A stretch of DNA of 64,000 bases from Octopus vulgaris (lineage: Eukaryota): NCBI GenBank assembly GCA_951406725.2, contig OX597814.1, positions 221,774,001 through 221,838,000 on the forward strand. Reading direction: 5' to 3'. Below the pieces are notes generated by a model. That model made no database searches and had not been told where the DNA came from. It saw only the letters and a program-made list of their open reading frames with translations. Shown piece by piece: positions 1-13,394 of this stretch. Positions within the stretch are counted from its first letter, which is position 1; each line of letters starts with the position of its first letter. The translations under genes and the position numbers were made by a program.

Positions 1-1011
1 ATGGCCGTAGAAGCATAAGGTCATTCCAAATAGCTTTTGAATGTCGCATTGTGTCACTCAGACAACACCTGTTGTAAAGAAAGAAGCGTGTAAATCCCAG
101 GCATGCTGAGAAATGAGATCAACAGATTCTTCAGAGTTGGAGAAGAACTACTGTGAAGATACTCTGAGCACACAACTGTCTCATGTGATTTAAAGGAGGC
201 TGGATTGGCCTACATAAACTGAAGCTTGGAGGAGAAGCAGACATCACAACAGTAACAAGCAATGCAAGAGTACACACCCTGCAAGCGAGAGTGTAGCAAC
301 AGCATTGGCAGGAAGAGTAGCCTCTCAAAGACCTGTGAGAGATACATTAAATACGTCTTCGAAAGATATGCCATCGTCATCCAGGAACAGGAAATAGAGA
401 GGGACAAAGATAGCATCAAATCTCCACGTTTTGAGAGAAAATATTAGCTTTGCTATACCAGTGAGGTAGATATCACCCACAACATCATCAGCTACTCCAA
501 AATGCTTATGAGTTACTACCTGCACCTGAAGCATGCCACACAGCAATGTTATCTAAGCGTAGCAACTTTGATAGGGTACACCAAGATGGAAAATATTCTT
601 TATAAAAGCTTTCATATTTCAACGCTAACGGTGCATGTGTGGAGAAAAGATTTTGAGCAAGAAAAAGATACTGAAGTCTCCACGATATGGAATATTTCAG
701 TTGATAGATCTTGGTACATGCTGCTATCAGAAAGCAAAAATGCCGACCACCTAACAGTTTCGCCAATCCATCACCCTGGGTGAGTAATTTATTTATCGAC
801 CAAGAAATAATTGAAGACAATGAGATCTCGTCGGGATTTGTACTCCGTTTTCAGTGAGTGGGATGAAATTTCGTTTTGTTAACGTCTAGGTTTATCCACA
901 GATAGGGCAGCAGAACTGGCCGCTTACTGGGCATATATTACGTTGAAGCAACTCTTAGATGTCACTTGTTGGTAGTATACTCTATGTATATACATATAAA
1001 CTCACTCATCT

Positions 1012-1107
1012 ATGAATGTATGTATGTATGTATGTGTGTATGTATGTATGTATGTATGTATGTATGTATGTATGTATCTATCTATCTATCTATCTAACTA
1101 TTTACCA

Positions 1108-1157
<50 letters not shown>

Positions 1158-1182
1158 TTACCTATCTATCTATCTATCTATA
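1012..1182. repeat. Compound (TATG)n/(TATC)n microsatellite
   Basis: Directly visible; representative of dozens of similar tracts across the window. Confidence 0.95.
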
Positions 1183-1400
1183 TACGAGTTAAGTTGTTCC
1201 CGGAAACAGCTCGTAAAGCAAAAACTCGTGAAGTAGAGCAATAATTTCCTATAGTAGCAATGTTATAAATCATAATTCCCTCCCAGCAAAATATTTTACC
1301 TATAAAATTTATAATACTCGTAAATAAATGGCAATAAAACAACAGTAGAATGTAAAGTACGTTTTATGTAAAGTATAAAGCATATCAAGATCATTTATAA
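1183..1400 (+). mobile_element. Possible Tigger/pogo-type MITE end fragment
   Basis: TACGAGTTAAGTTGTTCC...CTCGTAAAGCAAAAACTCGT resembles Tigger-like subterminal sequence from recall; no partner end found. Confidence 0.3.
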
Positions 1401-1434
1401 TAAAAATATTATTATGTTCGTTTTATGAAAACCT

Positions 1435-1523
1435 TTATGAAACGGTGTGTTAACAACAAACAAGATGAGGGCACATAGCCGTCAAATGTAAATAATGTAA
1501 ATAATGTACATAATTCTTCATCT

Positions 1524-1527
<4 letters not shown>
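1435..1527 (+). mobile_element. 3' tail of the hammerhead-bearing SINE family seen at 58.6-58.9 kb
   Basis: GAAACGGTGTGTTAACAACAAACAAGATGAGG...CAAATGTAAATAATGT aligns with 58857-58922; ends against (TA)n. Confidence 0.7.
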
Positions 1528-1572
<45 letters not shown>

Positions 1573-1579
1573 GCCAAAA

Positions 1580-1970
1580 TGTTTCAGTCGTTAGACTGTG
1601 GACAAGTTGGGTCACCGCCTTGGAGGATTTTCGTCGAATGAATCGACCCTAGTATTTATTTTATTTTTTTCTAACGCTGTTAACTATTCTACTAGGTTCT
1701 CTTTCGCCAAACTGCTACGTTAGTCGGATGTAAATATGCCAACACCGGTTTTCAAGCGGTGGTGGGGCAGAAACATAGATACGGAAGTACAGGCGCACAC
1801 GTATAATCATACGGCGGCTTCTTTCAGTTTTCCCTTACCAAACTTACTGTTAAGGCTTTGATCCCTGCGTGTCTAGAGTAGAAGACACTCGATCATGTTG
1901 CCCCGAATTGGGACTGAACCCAGGGTCATGTGGTTGGGGAGCATTTTCTTTACCTCTTAGCCACGCCCGC
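1580..1970 (-). mobile_element. tRNA-derived CORE-type SINE, family 1 (diverged)
   Basis: Reverse complement aligns with the copy at 51605-52001. Confidence 0.8.
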
Positions 1971-2056
1971 AACAAGAGAAGACATGTAGGATAAAGTGTC
2001 ACTGAAGGAGGGCTCAAAGGATGTGGCGAAAGAGCTTTGACGAAGAAACTAAAATA

Positions 2057-2126
<70 letters not shown>

Positions 2127-2128
<2 letters not shown>

Positions 2129-2565
2129 ACACAGATAGAGAAATTAAGGCCAACAGACCAGATATAGTTGTCAGAGATCATGAAGAAAAAAATGCTTTCT
2201 AATTGATGTATCAATACCGGCAGATGGCAACGTGTCTCTAAAAGAAATGGAGAAACTCTCAAAATACAAAGACCTGGAAATAGAGGTAACTAGAATGTGG
2301 AATCTAAAAACAGAAACAATTCCAATCATAGTAGGTGCATTAGGCATGATAAAAAAATATTCAGACAAATACATAACAAAAACACCAGGACTTACAAACA
2401 CATATAACATACAGAAAATTGCACTACTAGGCACTGCACACATCCTACGCAGAACACTTTCCATACAATAACCATCAGAGCATCACAACAAATCACAGCA
2501 CATACCCAAGGCACACAGAGCTGCGCTCGGTAGTGAAGTGAAAGCACGCTATAAAAATAAAACTA

Positions 2566-2570
<5 letters not shown>
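2127..2570 (+). mobile_element. R4/Dong-like non-LTR retrotransposon 3' fragment (restriction-like endonuclease)
   Basis: Translates HTDREIKANRPDIVV...LIDVSIP...EKLSKYKDLEIE...IPIIVGALG, stop at 2471; (TAA)n on both sides, the known target of Dong elements. Confidence 0.85.
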
Positions 2571-2642
<72 letters not shown>

Positions 2643-3310
2643 GTGGAGTATAAATTAAGACATGACAGAGTTGGCCAATATCTCCACTGGCTAATAAGTC
2701 GGCATTACAATATCAAAACTGCCGACAAGTGGTATAATCACCACCCTGAGGCTGTAACTGAAGGAGAAAATGTAACCATTCTGTGGGACTTTCCAGTACA
2801 TACAGACCGAACCATCAAGGCCAATAAACCAGATATTGTTGTGAAAGACCAAAACAATAAAGTTTGCTTATTGATCGTCATGAGCATCCCCTGTGATCAT
2901 AATATCTCAGCGAAAGAGTTTGACAAGCTCAGAAAATATAAAGACCTACTCATTGAAATTGAGAAAATGTGGCATCTCAAGGCGGTTACAATACCAGTGA
3001 TCGTAGGAGCACTAGAAATGATCAAGAAGGGAGCCGAAAATTATATGAGTATTGATCCCTGGCTTACCTTCCCTGCAAGAAGTGCAAAAGATTGTCTTAA
3101 CTGGTACATCACACGTATTGAGAAGAGCATTGTCGATATGAGAACTGTTGCTGCTCATGTATTTTAATTTAACTTTAAAAAAAAAAATGAACGAACTACT
3201 GAGTTTGGTTTAATGGCCTACCAATGTATACTATGAGTTTCTTTGCCCTAGGAGTCGGGAAGACACTCGGCAAGAAATGGAAGCAAATTTGAAAGAAGAA
3301 GAAAAAAAGT
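2643..3310 (+). mobile_element. Second, different R4/Dong-like 3' fragment
   Basis: RHDRVGQYLHW...ILWDFPVHTDRTIKANKPDIVV...KYKDLLIE...IPVIVGAL; frameshift near 3050; flanked by (TAA)n. Confidence 0.85.
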
Positions 3311-3422
3311 AATAATAATAATAATAAAGCTGAAGAGATGACCAGCTACACAGTGCGTGTGTTTATTTAGCAAAACACGACTATCTCCAAGTCTAACAAT
3401 GTATATATATATACATGTTATG

Positions 3423-4719
3423 TCCCTTTTTGTGTTACATTTTTTCTTGCTCGTTTACCCCTCTACGAGTTTATTTTATTTTAATTCTCTCGTAGGAAGG
3501 CCTAGCTTGACCCTACGTGTTCTGTCTCTGCCTTCGAAACACGTGTCTGCTAGCGACAGCTGATGAAGGGGATTTTTCCCTGTGTAGCATGTCCTGTACT
3601 TCGTTTTTCTGTTGCACATAATTGTTTTTCCCGTTTTCGTTTTCATTTCGTCTTGTTCCACGTCTCTGTCCTCCTGTTGTAACAAAATGTCTTTTCCGTT
3701 TTCGGTCTGTTGATTTTTTCGTCTTCCTGTGATGTCCTGTACGTATATATATTTATATATGCATGTATATATACATGTAGATGTCGGTACGTACATATAT
3801 GTTTGTATGTATGCATATATTCTATTTAGTACACTATTGTCTTACAGCGCTTCGCGTCGGGTTCGTTTGAATTTTCGATTTTTCGAATTCTCACTTCGTT
3901 CAGTCTCTTTCCTCCTTGTCCGTTTTTACAGTTTACTACAATGATGAGAAACTCTCTCCCTTTGCTTTACCTTCCCCTCTCTCTCTCTCTCTTGCTCTCT
4001 CTACCTCACCCTTCTCTCTAGCCTGTGTCTTCCTCTATCTGTCTCTCTCTCTCTCTCCCACTCCTCCTCACTTTCGTCACTGCTAAACCTTTCCGCCTGT
4101 TGCATTCAGGCCCTAAGGTCAAGTTTCCTCGCGCTCGCCAGTTACCTTCTCGTCCCAGCCAGAACAAAGGCCTTCGTTCGTCTTTTTCGTTTGTTCTCTT
4201 GTTTATTTTTGATTTTTCGTATTGTAATTTAATTCTCGTTATGTATTTTCTTGTACATGTATCTTTAATTTTGTATTATTTTTTTCTTGTATTATTTTTT
4301 TTGTGCAGTTCTTTGTTACCTCCCTTTTTGTGCTACATTTTTTCTTGCTCGTTTACCCCTCTACGAGTTTATTTTATTTTAATTCTCTCGTAGGAAGGCC
4401 TAGCTTGACCTTACGTGTTCTGTCTCTGCCTTCGCAACACGTGTCTGCTAGCGACAGCTGATGAAGGGGATTTTTCCTTGTGTAGCATGTCCTGTACTTC
4501 GTTTTTCTGTTGCACATAATTGTTTTTCCCGTTTTCGTTTTCATTTCGTCTTGTTCCACGTCTCTGTCCTTCTGTTGTAACAAAATGTCTTTTCCGTTTT
4601 CGTTCTGTTGATTTTTTCGTCTTCCTGTGATGTCCTGTACGTATATATATTTATATATGCATGTATATATACATGTAGATGTCGGTACGTACATATATGT
4701 TTGTATGTATGCATATATT
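3423..4719 (+). mobile_element. Non-coding element with two ~399-bp direct repeats (3423-3821, 4321-4719); probable PLE-type partial tandem
   Basis: Near-identical repeats offset by 898 bp; hammerhead-like motif in each; (TA)n follows the right end. Confidence 0.6.
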
Positions 4720-4733
4720 TTATTTATTTATTA

Positions 4734-4775
<42 letters not shown>

Positions 4776-5848
4776 AGAGAGAGAGAGAGAGAGATAGGGT
4801 GATAGATAGATAGATTGCTGGATAGACAGAGATAGATAGATATACATGCATATGCATATATACATAATCATGTACATGTATGTGTATGTCTGCCTACGTA
4901 TCCCTGTGCGCGCACTCGCGTGTTTGTGCGTAAGCAGACTTGAATAAGTATCATTCGTACGTATAGCAACCTGCGTTTGCGCCGTCGTTAGAGATGTCAT
5001 GCTCGCCCAACCGCCCACCCATCTAAAACTTACTAATTTAGCTGCAGTGGAATCGTTGTCAGTAACACATCTTGTTCTGTACAACTCTACCAGATCAAAA
5101 TATTCTAACGCATAACCACATTTCTAACTAGGAACTTCAAGCGTGTTAACTCGCCGCTGCAAGGTAATCAAACACACACTTCAGTGTTATAATTATGCCT
5201 CTACAGCTATGCTTAACATTTCTGTGGCATCTACCAATGGAGAAATGCACTCTCTAAACTGAGTTTAACAAAGTTGCCGACTACAATAAGCCTAAGACTA
5301 AAGGCATTCCAGCTTTATTATACGATATTTCCTTTTAATGTTTGTGATGGTGGGCTTTGATTTGAGGGAGATTTGGCAGTTATTTCAAGCAAGTCTTGAC
5401 AAATCACACTTCGTTGGTTATAACAGTATCGATTAATATATGTACGGAACTGAACTTCCAATTCATAAAGATCACAAGATTTAATCAAGGTTATTTCTTT
5501 CATTAATAACGAAAGGAGTAATAATATCATGTATGTGTATCTGGGTATTTGTGAATACGTTTCTGCCAATGTACGTGTGTCTGTGATCACGGAAATATGC
5601 ATAAGAGATAGAGAGAAAGGAAAGTATGTAGGAAAGTATGTATGTGTATGTGTATTATGTGTATGTATGATTTATGTATACATATGTATGTAGTATCTGT
5701 ATGTATAAGTGTATGTAATCTGTGCATATATGTATGTATGCATGCATGTATTATGGATGTATATAGGTAGGTAGATATATGTATAGAAAGATAAATAGAT
5801 GAATAGATAGATAGACAAATAGAAAGACAGATACATAGCTAGCTATTT

Positions 5849-5917
<69 letters not shown>

Positions 5918-6715
5918 TAGATGAATAGAGAGAGAGAAATCATACATGGATAGATGGAAGATCGATCGGACAGACAGACACATACATACATAATACATAC
6001 ATAAACATACATACATACATAAATAATACATACATACATACATACATACATACATACACTCATACATACATACATACATACTTACATACATACATGCATA
6101 CATATTTATACAATGCATACACGAACATGCGCGACAAAGAGCAGAATAGTAATTTGAACAGAAACGCCAGTGTTTTACCTTTATTAGAAAAATAGATACG
6201 TCAACGCATAACTTAAAACAACTTTTCAAGCGAAGAACATCAAACCAAACAAGCTTATCCCAACAATCATTACCACCAGTACACTGGCACCACCATCGGT
6301 GCAGCCTGTACCACGTGCCAAAGTGAAGAGAGTGTGCTCGCCTTAATCAAATTAATACACCAACAATCACAAAATCACGATTAATCAAACAACAAATGGC
6401 TCTGTGTCAATGTCAAAAATGCATGCTCCAAATATTCGATCAATGGGGAAGTCTACTTATCATAATAGCATTAAGGACTGCTTGATCATTAGAATTAGTG
6501 CTGGGTATTCCAGAGACACGAATGTACTTAACGTAATGCTCCCGGTGAACGTGTGAGTGAGAAATAACACAGGTATATTCAATATTCAATGACAAATACG
6601 GTACATCTTTCCAGACAGCTTACATCTCCCCACTTCCCTCACAAAGCATTACTTTCACCTGATGATATGATACGAGACAATAGTATGAAAGGCGGTAAAT
6701 TGAGATCGTACGCTT

Positions 6716-7055
6716 GAAGGTGCATGGCTCAGTGGTTAGAGGGTCGGGCTCACAATCATGAGGTAGGGAATTCGATTCCCGGTCCGGGCTGTGTTGTGTT
6801 CTTGAGTAAGACGCTTTATTTCACGTTGCTTCAATTCACACAGCAGCAGAAAGGAGTTGCGACGTCACTGGTGCCATGCTGCATCGGCTTTTGCCTCTCA
6901 CTTGGATAACATCGGTGTTATGGAGAGGAGGGGTTGGTATGCAAGGGCGACTGCTGGTCTTCCATAAACAACCTTGCCCAGACTTATTCTTCGTAGGGGA
7001 ACTTTCTATGTGCATTCCCATGGTGACTCATGGCCGAAGGGAGACTTTACCTTTT
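6716..7055 (+). mobile_element. tRNA-derived CORE-type SINE, family 2
   Basis: A box TGGCTCAGTGG, B box-like ATTCGATTCCC, CORE-like TTCTTGAGTAAGACGCTTTATTTCAC, T-rich end. Confidence 0.85.
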
Positions 7056-8732
7056 TTTTTTACAAGTTACCTAATGATTAAGAAGTGAAGCGTTTGAAGA
7101 TCTTATGTATGACAGAGTTCGCATCAAATACTATTGCCTTACAGTGCGCTCGCATACAAACACACGTATGTACAGACTAACCCACATATAATCACGAGCA
7201 CATACACATGAACATACATATCTCAGACATACACACTACACGAACATATAATCACACACATACTCTCACATATTTGCCGTCCAATAATGTAAGCTAATTA
7301 AAAATCACCACTGTATATGTGTATGTGCGTGCGTGTACGTGTATATATATATATAAACGCTCAGACACACACATATGTACGAATGTATATGCACATAGTT
7401 TTGTATAAAGCATTACAGACATACATACATACAAATCATTCTATATACGTGTTTCATATAATTGTTTTTTTTTATCAGATCTATTACAAATATATTCCAG
7501 ATTGCAGAAATATTCATATATATTGATTCCTTTTTAATACACTATCAGCAATATATTACTTTCAGGGTGACAAATTCATTTGCAGATTCGAAATGCCAAT
7601 TCATATTTATTTAAATCGCTCATAATTCTATGGAATAGATTAACTACCACTACAATGTATGTAGTACCAATTCTCATAAACACACGTCTTTCACAATTAC
7701 AGAAGTGTATGAAGGAACTAAGTAAAAACAAAGGAATGAATTGAAGCTAAATGAAAATATACATGCAAATATAGGAAAGAAAATGTAGGTCTATGTTTAG
7801 ACATATCCATTAATATGGAAGTCAGAAGCACTCATCTATATGTGCGTATACGTTCGCTTGTCTGAGTGTGTGTATTTATGTATTGTATGTGTGGGTTGTT
7901 ATTTATAACTATATATTCGCATACGTCCCTGCATATGCATATACATGTATGCACACACACACACACATACACACAAACACTCATATACAATGATTATAGA
8001 ATATATCTATATGCATATATGAATGCATATGAATGTGTAGGTATGTGTATATATCTATATGAAAATATAGGTAGTGTATATATATGTGTGTGTGTGTATG
8101 TATGTATATATACATATATATATAGAGAGAGAGAGAGTGAAAGAAAGAAGGAGGGAGTAAGAGAGAGGGACAGAAAGAAAGAAAGAGAGAGGGATGCATT
8201 ATATTGTTTCTAGTCATTAATAATTTTCTAACCTAACACTTCTCACTGAAGATCTCGCTAAAGTTATTTTTACTAACGCTGTAAGGTGCTATATTTTAGG
8301 CTGTATATGAGCACACTTGTTTCCTATTTCCCATACATTCTGGTCGCCTTATCTTGTTTCTCTTGAGATTGATTAGTATTTATATCGGAAGGTTTCATAG
8401 AGGACACATCTCCTTTCACGATTATAGATAAATAAAGAAAGGTACAACGATCAAGATATTATGGAAGTATTCTGTAAAAGAGATCTATAAACATTTTTCA
8501 ATGTTGCGAGCATTCTTTCATTTATGTCACATACAGAGTAATGTTAGGCGCAAATAATTTCTAATTAGTTTTAGATTATCCCCAATGAAAGGACGCTTCG
8601 AATAAACAAATTAACATAGGCGATGTCATGTACATGATCTATGTACATATACTTACACATGGTTATACAGACATACATTCAAGCACATACATATACATAT
8701 ATACACATATACATATACATATAATCTTCCGG

Positions 8733-8990
8733 CAGGGGATGGTGGTGATCTCTGCTGTACTCTTTCACCACAACTTTATCTCACTCTTACTTCCTGTTTC
8801 TGTTGTACCTGTATTTCAAAGGGCCGGCCTTGTCACTCTCTGTGTCACGCTGAATATCCCCGAGAACTACGTTAAGCGTACACGTGTCTGTGGAGTGCTC
8901 AGCCACTTACACGTTAATTTCACGAGCAGGCTGTTCCGTTGATTCGGATCAACAGGAACCCTCGTCGTCGTAACCGACGGAGTGCTTCCA
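8733..8990 (+). mobile_element. SINE 3' portion
   Basis: TTCACGAGCAGGCTGTTCCGTTGATTCGGATCAAC...GTAACCGACGGAGTG is shared with 62150-62218. Confidence 0.7.
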
Positions 8991-9198
8991 TCCACATATA
9001 ATCTATATACGTACATATATATATGTGTGTGTATACATATATACACGTACATATACACATATATATATATGTACAGAAATATATACACAGATATATGAAT
9101 ATATATATATGTATGGTTATATATATAATATATATATATAAATAAATAGATATAGATAGATAGATATCAAAATAAGCAACAAGGATATCCAGAGGTAA

Positions 9199-9285
9199 TG
9201 CAGTACGATCGTTTCATGTAACTCTATTTAATTGAACAATGCAATCATTACATCAATTTAAAATGTAGTGCAATCTTCAACTGCA
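9199..9285 (-). ncRNA. Type I hammerhead ribozyme motif (variant or degenerate) in a ~500-bp insert between (TA)n tracts
   Basis: Minus strand: TGCAG-TTGAAGA-long imperfect stem II-GAAA-CGATCG-TA-CTGCA; palindromic stem III; C3>U. Confidence 0.65.
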
Positions 9286-9652
9286 AAAAGATATAGAATT
9301 TAATTAAATTAGAACAGATGGATACATTAGTATAATTATACCTAAAATCTTTAAGAAGTTAAGGAGATAGACAAAGAACATGTTTCTACTTCAACATAGA
9401 AGTTGCTAAAATTCTCACGAAAACTCTGCCTGCCACTGACATTTTGTCTTTATGAGGTCAGTTTTAATTTATAGACTAGTTTATCAAATCCCTTGTATAT
9501 CTAATGCTGAGAGAACAGAGGGCAGTATGTGTTAGGGGTAGCGCTGAGGTAGTAGACAGATATTCTAGTTGGTATAGTCATAAAAATCAAGATTTATTAT
9601 AAGCAATATTATAAGGCTTAGTAGGGGAAAACTTAAAACAAAATGTTAGCTG

Positions 9653-9739
<87 letters not shown>

Positions 9740-9740
9740 T

Positions 9741-9794
<54 letters not shown>

Positions 9795-9819
9795 TATATA
9801 TATATGATATATATATATA

Positions 9820-10458
9820 CTAGCAGTATCGCCCGGCGTTGCTCGGGTTTGTAAGGGAAATAACTATATAAGCATTTTTAGAGAGTTATAGCCAAAAAAT
9901 AGCAAAAAATGCATTAAAAATGGAAAAAATATGATGGTAATTTTTTTTTTAAATCGTTGACTCATCGTAGACATTTTTAGAGAGTTACTTCCCTTATATA
10001 ATAGCGAAAAAATGCATTAAAATGGAAAAAAAAACGATGGTAATTTTTTTTTTAAATCGTAGACTCATGTAGACGCTTTCTTAGCCATTTCTGTTTTGGT
10101 GTCTTCAAGCCATGAAGTCGTTGTTCTAAAAGAACGCTGGTCTCCTTGACAACGCATTACGACGTTGATTTCCTTACACTCCCTTCCCCACAGGTGCAGG
10201 TGTGAGCGTGGACGCCAACTCCGCCGACATCGACACACGAAAAATTATGCATTAAAATGGAATAAAAAATGATGTTAAATTATTTTTAAAATCGTAGACT
10301 CATCGTAGACGCGCGCTAATACTCAGACGGGCTCGATATGAATAAGATACTATAAGATACCCGAATTTGGTTAAACTGCACCGCAAAATGTGGGAGTAGT
10401 TAGGAATCTAAATCGAAGGGGACAGACACTCACACAACTACAGTTTTATATATATAGA
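9820..10458 (-). mobile_element. Non-autonomous Helitron
   Basis: Minus strand starts TC, ends CTAG after the CCCGAGCAACGCCGGG hairpin, inserted between A and T; same family as 52195-52496, with internal duplications. Confidence 0.85.
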
Positions 10459-10469
10459 TATACATAGCG

Positions 10470-11066
10470 CAGTAGTGGTGAGATGTGACAAAGAAAAGCA
10501 TACATTCACTCTCTGCATGCAATTAGACTCGGAAAGTTCGTGAGGAACCCATTGACCCAATTTGCTGACTTTTCCGATAGCACACAGGTGTCAATGAATG
10601 GTTGAATGACCAAATCCAAGCTTCTCTGCTAGTTCTTCAACAGTTACGATGAGATTTTGTTCCACCAGGGTTTTCAGGATGTCCTTGTCGAGTTCTACAG
10701 ATCTTTCAGGATGAGGCTCGTCTTCTAGGCTGTAGTTTATGGCTCGGAATTTCTGGAACCACCATTGACACTGCCTTACGCTTATTGTCCAATCCCCATA
10801 TACTGCATTAATATTTCTTGTACTTTCCGTTGCGTTGTTGTCTTTATTGAACTCATAAAGCAAAATATGCCAAATATGCTCCTTTGTTACTTCCAATATA
10901 GCTTTGAAAAAAATAGCTGTTAAAATCGAAATGCACTCTTCAAAACTTGCACTATGAATAAGGACAAGATAAAATTACTACCTGCTTTTATAGCAAGTTA
11001 ATATAAGTAGTTTATCCCATTCCCCTCTGACATTTAGTTCAAGCTGTTGAAAAAACCGCATTATTA
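10470..11066 (-). mobile_element. Mariner transposon remnant (N-terminal HTH region, ORF 10591-10896)
   Basis: MEVTKEHIWHILLYEF...CQWWFQKFR...SLEDEPHPERS...TVEELAEKLG...STI is typical of mariner transposase N-termini. Confidence 0.85.
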
Positions 11067-11074
11067 TATATATA

Positions 11075-11106
<32 letters not shown>

Positions 11107-11376
11107 CACACATACTCTCTCTCTCACACACATGCACACATTTATATTCTGTTATTGTTTTATACGTTTCAGCCTTGAGTTTGTGGCCATGCTGGATCAT
11201 GTGTGTGTGTGAGTGTGTGTGTGTGTGTCAATCTGTGTGTCTGTCTGTATGTATATATGTATATGTATGTGTGTGAACAATAATATTTGCAACAGATGTG
11301 TTGCAAATGTATCTGATTGTTCTCAAGCTTCAATACTGTGTGTGTGTGTATGTGTGTGTGTGTGTATGTATGTATG

Positions 11377-11408
<32 letters not shown>

Positions 11409-11520
11409 TGTGTGTATGTATGTATGTGTGTGTGTATGTATGTATGTTTGTATGTATGTATGTATGTATGTGTGTGTATGTATGTATGTATGTATGTATG
11501 AGTGTATGTTTACTTTATTA

Positions 11521-11976
11521 CTAACACAAGCCACTACGGTTATTTAATGTAAAGTCTTCCTCAAATCACTCTCTCTGGCTATTTACTCTCTTCCAAGAAC
11601 ATTTTCACTCACTCTTATCTGTTAGCTTCCCATACATTTTACTCATGTATCTATCAGCGTCATAGTCGTCATCGCATTCTATTGTCTACCTGTCAACACA
11701 CTGAATTAGTTTCACTTTATTCGTAGCACACTGTGTGTGTGCGTTTGCGTGTGGTGTAAACCAGACTAAGAAAAGCATTTGACACACACACCAGAATGTG
11801 AGTTTTCTGTAAATTTTGCTTAATTGGAGTTTAAATTTTAAAAACTGGACCTGGCATGACGCGATGCATTGTACTCTCAAAAATGCTAGGTAAATTGTAA
11901 TTGAAGAAATCCTATATTGTAGATTTCTATAACTCCCAAAGGGAGGCAGATAAAATCTGCCTTTTATAATAAGAGA
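11521..11976 (-). mobile_element. Probable non-autonomous Helitron, second family
   Basis: Minus strand begins A|TCTCTTATTATAAAAGGCAG (similar to the other Helitron 5' ends) and ends TTAG|T; 3' hairpin is weak. Confidence 0.45.
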
Positions 11977-11992
11977 TATATATATGTGTATA

Positions 11993-12024
<32 letters not shown>

Positions 12025-12025
12025 C

Positions 12026-12075
<50 letters not shown>

Positions 12076-12228
12076 ATGAATTTTCTGTTTAATTCCGTAA
12101 TGGAATCGGCGGCTTATATTTGCTGCCGATAAATTTGGCGCGAGTGCGATGATTTGAAAATTTTAGGTCAGATATTGCCGAGGCAGGGATAGAGGTGCCT
12201 CGTGATAATATCTGCTCGGATCTGGCTG

Positions 12229-12333
12229 TTTCTTACTGACGAATCTATCGGCCTATGGAAGATTGGCTTGATTTAATTTAATCAGGTTAGTTTACCATTA
12301 AACAATAGATGAAACGGTGCATCGTATAAGAAA
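12229..12333 (+). ncRNA. Type I hammerhead ribozyme with canonical core
   Basis: Stem I TTTCTTA/TAAGAAA, CTGACGA, stem II ATCTAT/ATAGAT, GAAA, near-palindromic CGGTGCATCG, GUA cleavage site at 12326; within a ~400-bp hairpin-rich non-coding insert (12058-12455) flanked by (TA)n. Confidence 0.85.
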
Positions 12334-12478
12334 TTACAGGGTAAATGTTTTTTTAATTTTCTCCTGGTTTGCGGAATTAATGTTATATTGCGGTTGAAGC
12401 TTTGGCTGTTATTTCTAGTGGGTGAATGGCCTATTATGGCCATTCCTTGATTGTGATATATATATATATATATATATA

Positions 12479-12551
12479 GCACCAGGTGGTGCTATTAAGT
12501 TAGACATGGCCTGGGCCAATAATGGCCGAAACCTACCAAAGTATCAAAGTA
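12479..12551 (+). mobile_element. Extremely 5'-truncated 3' end of the CR1-group LINE family
   Basis: CCAGGTGGTGCTATTAAGTTAGACATGGCCTGGGCCAATA matches 43993-44032; in (TA)n. Confidence 0.9.
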
Positions 12552-12602
12552 TATATATATATACATATACATACATACATATCTATATCGAAGTGTAGAT
12601 GC

Positions 12603-12635
<33 letters not shown>

Positions 12636-12935
12636 CACATATAAACACAGATATATGTGTGTGTATGTGTTTAAGTGTATGTGTGTGCATTATGTATGAC
12701 TGCATGTATGCATACTGGTTAGTGTTACTAACGAATGTTGCTAGTGGCTAACAGAACAATTATGGAATCACATAAGTGCGACGTCTGCTGTGAAGAAGTT
12801 ATTTTTGCACTGTTGACTTTCTAATACAGATTCCCATATGTTTATTTTGCGTAACATAACAAACGATTGTTTTTCTTAATACAAGACGTGCATGATTTTC
12901 TTATTTCCAACACCTATCGACAACTCCCAACTCAC

Positions 12936-13036
12936 CATCGTGATTTGTACTAGTCAACAAGAACCAGGTAACACAAACGTCTGATAGCAATCGGTCTTAG
13001 ATGAGAGCAACCGAATGACAAAGAATGTTTCCTTTC
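12936..13036 (-). other. Candidate host exon (5' UTR ending in ATG)
   Basis: TTTTGCAG|G acceptor, ACGATG|GTGAGT donor; stops in all three frames upstream of the ATG. Confidence 0.35.
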
Positions 13037-13394
13037 CTGCAAAATCTTACTTAATAAGATTCTAAGTCAAATAAGATAAATATTTACGAACTCCGCGAAA
13101 CGAGCAGAGTTCTTTTTCTTCCGGTTACTCACACGCATACATGCACACGCACACACACACACACAACACGCGCGCACACACACACATACATATATAAACA
13201 TACACATATATACATACATATGCATATAAGTCTGTATAGATGCATCGATTAACCAAACCAACTTAATATGCTCCCCACTTTATTTTTCTCTCACAAAATT
13301 CTTAAAAAAAATTCTTAAAACAATTCTTAAAACAATTTATAATTTCTTTTGGTTATTGAAGTGAATATACATATATATATATATATGACAGATT

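Noticed and set aside
1-790. Coding-like decayed sequence, possibly a transposon protein
   Set aside because: No motif recognised with confidence.
5032-5125. Minus-strand GTAAGT donor with an open frame upstream
   Set aside because: No polypyrimidine acceptor and no recognisable peptide.
6655-6705. CTGATGA...GAAA hammerhead candidate
   Set aside because: No convincing stem I or stem III pairing.
6716-6790. tRNA genes at SINE heads (also 29357, 51605, 58660)
   Set aside because: A and B boxes run directly into SINE bodies and no full cloverleaf is evident.
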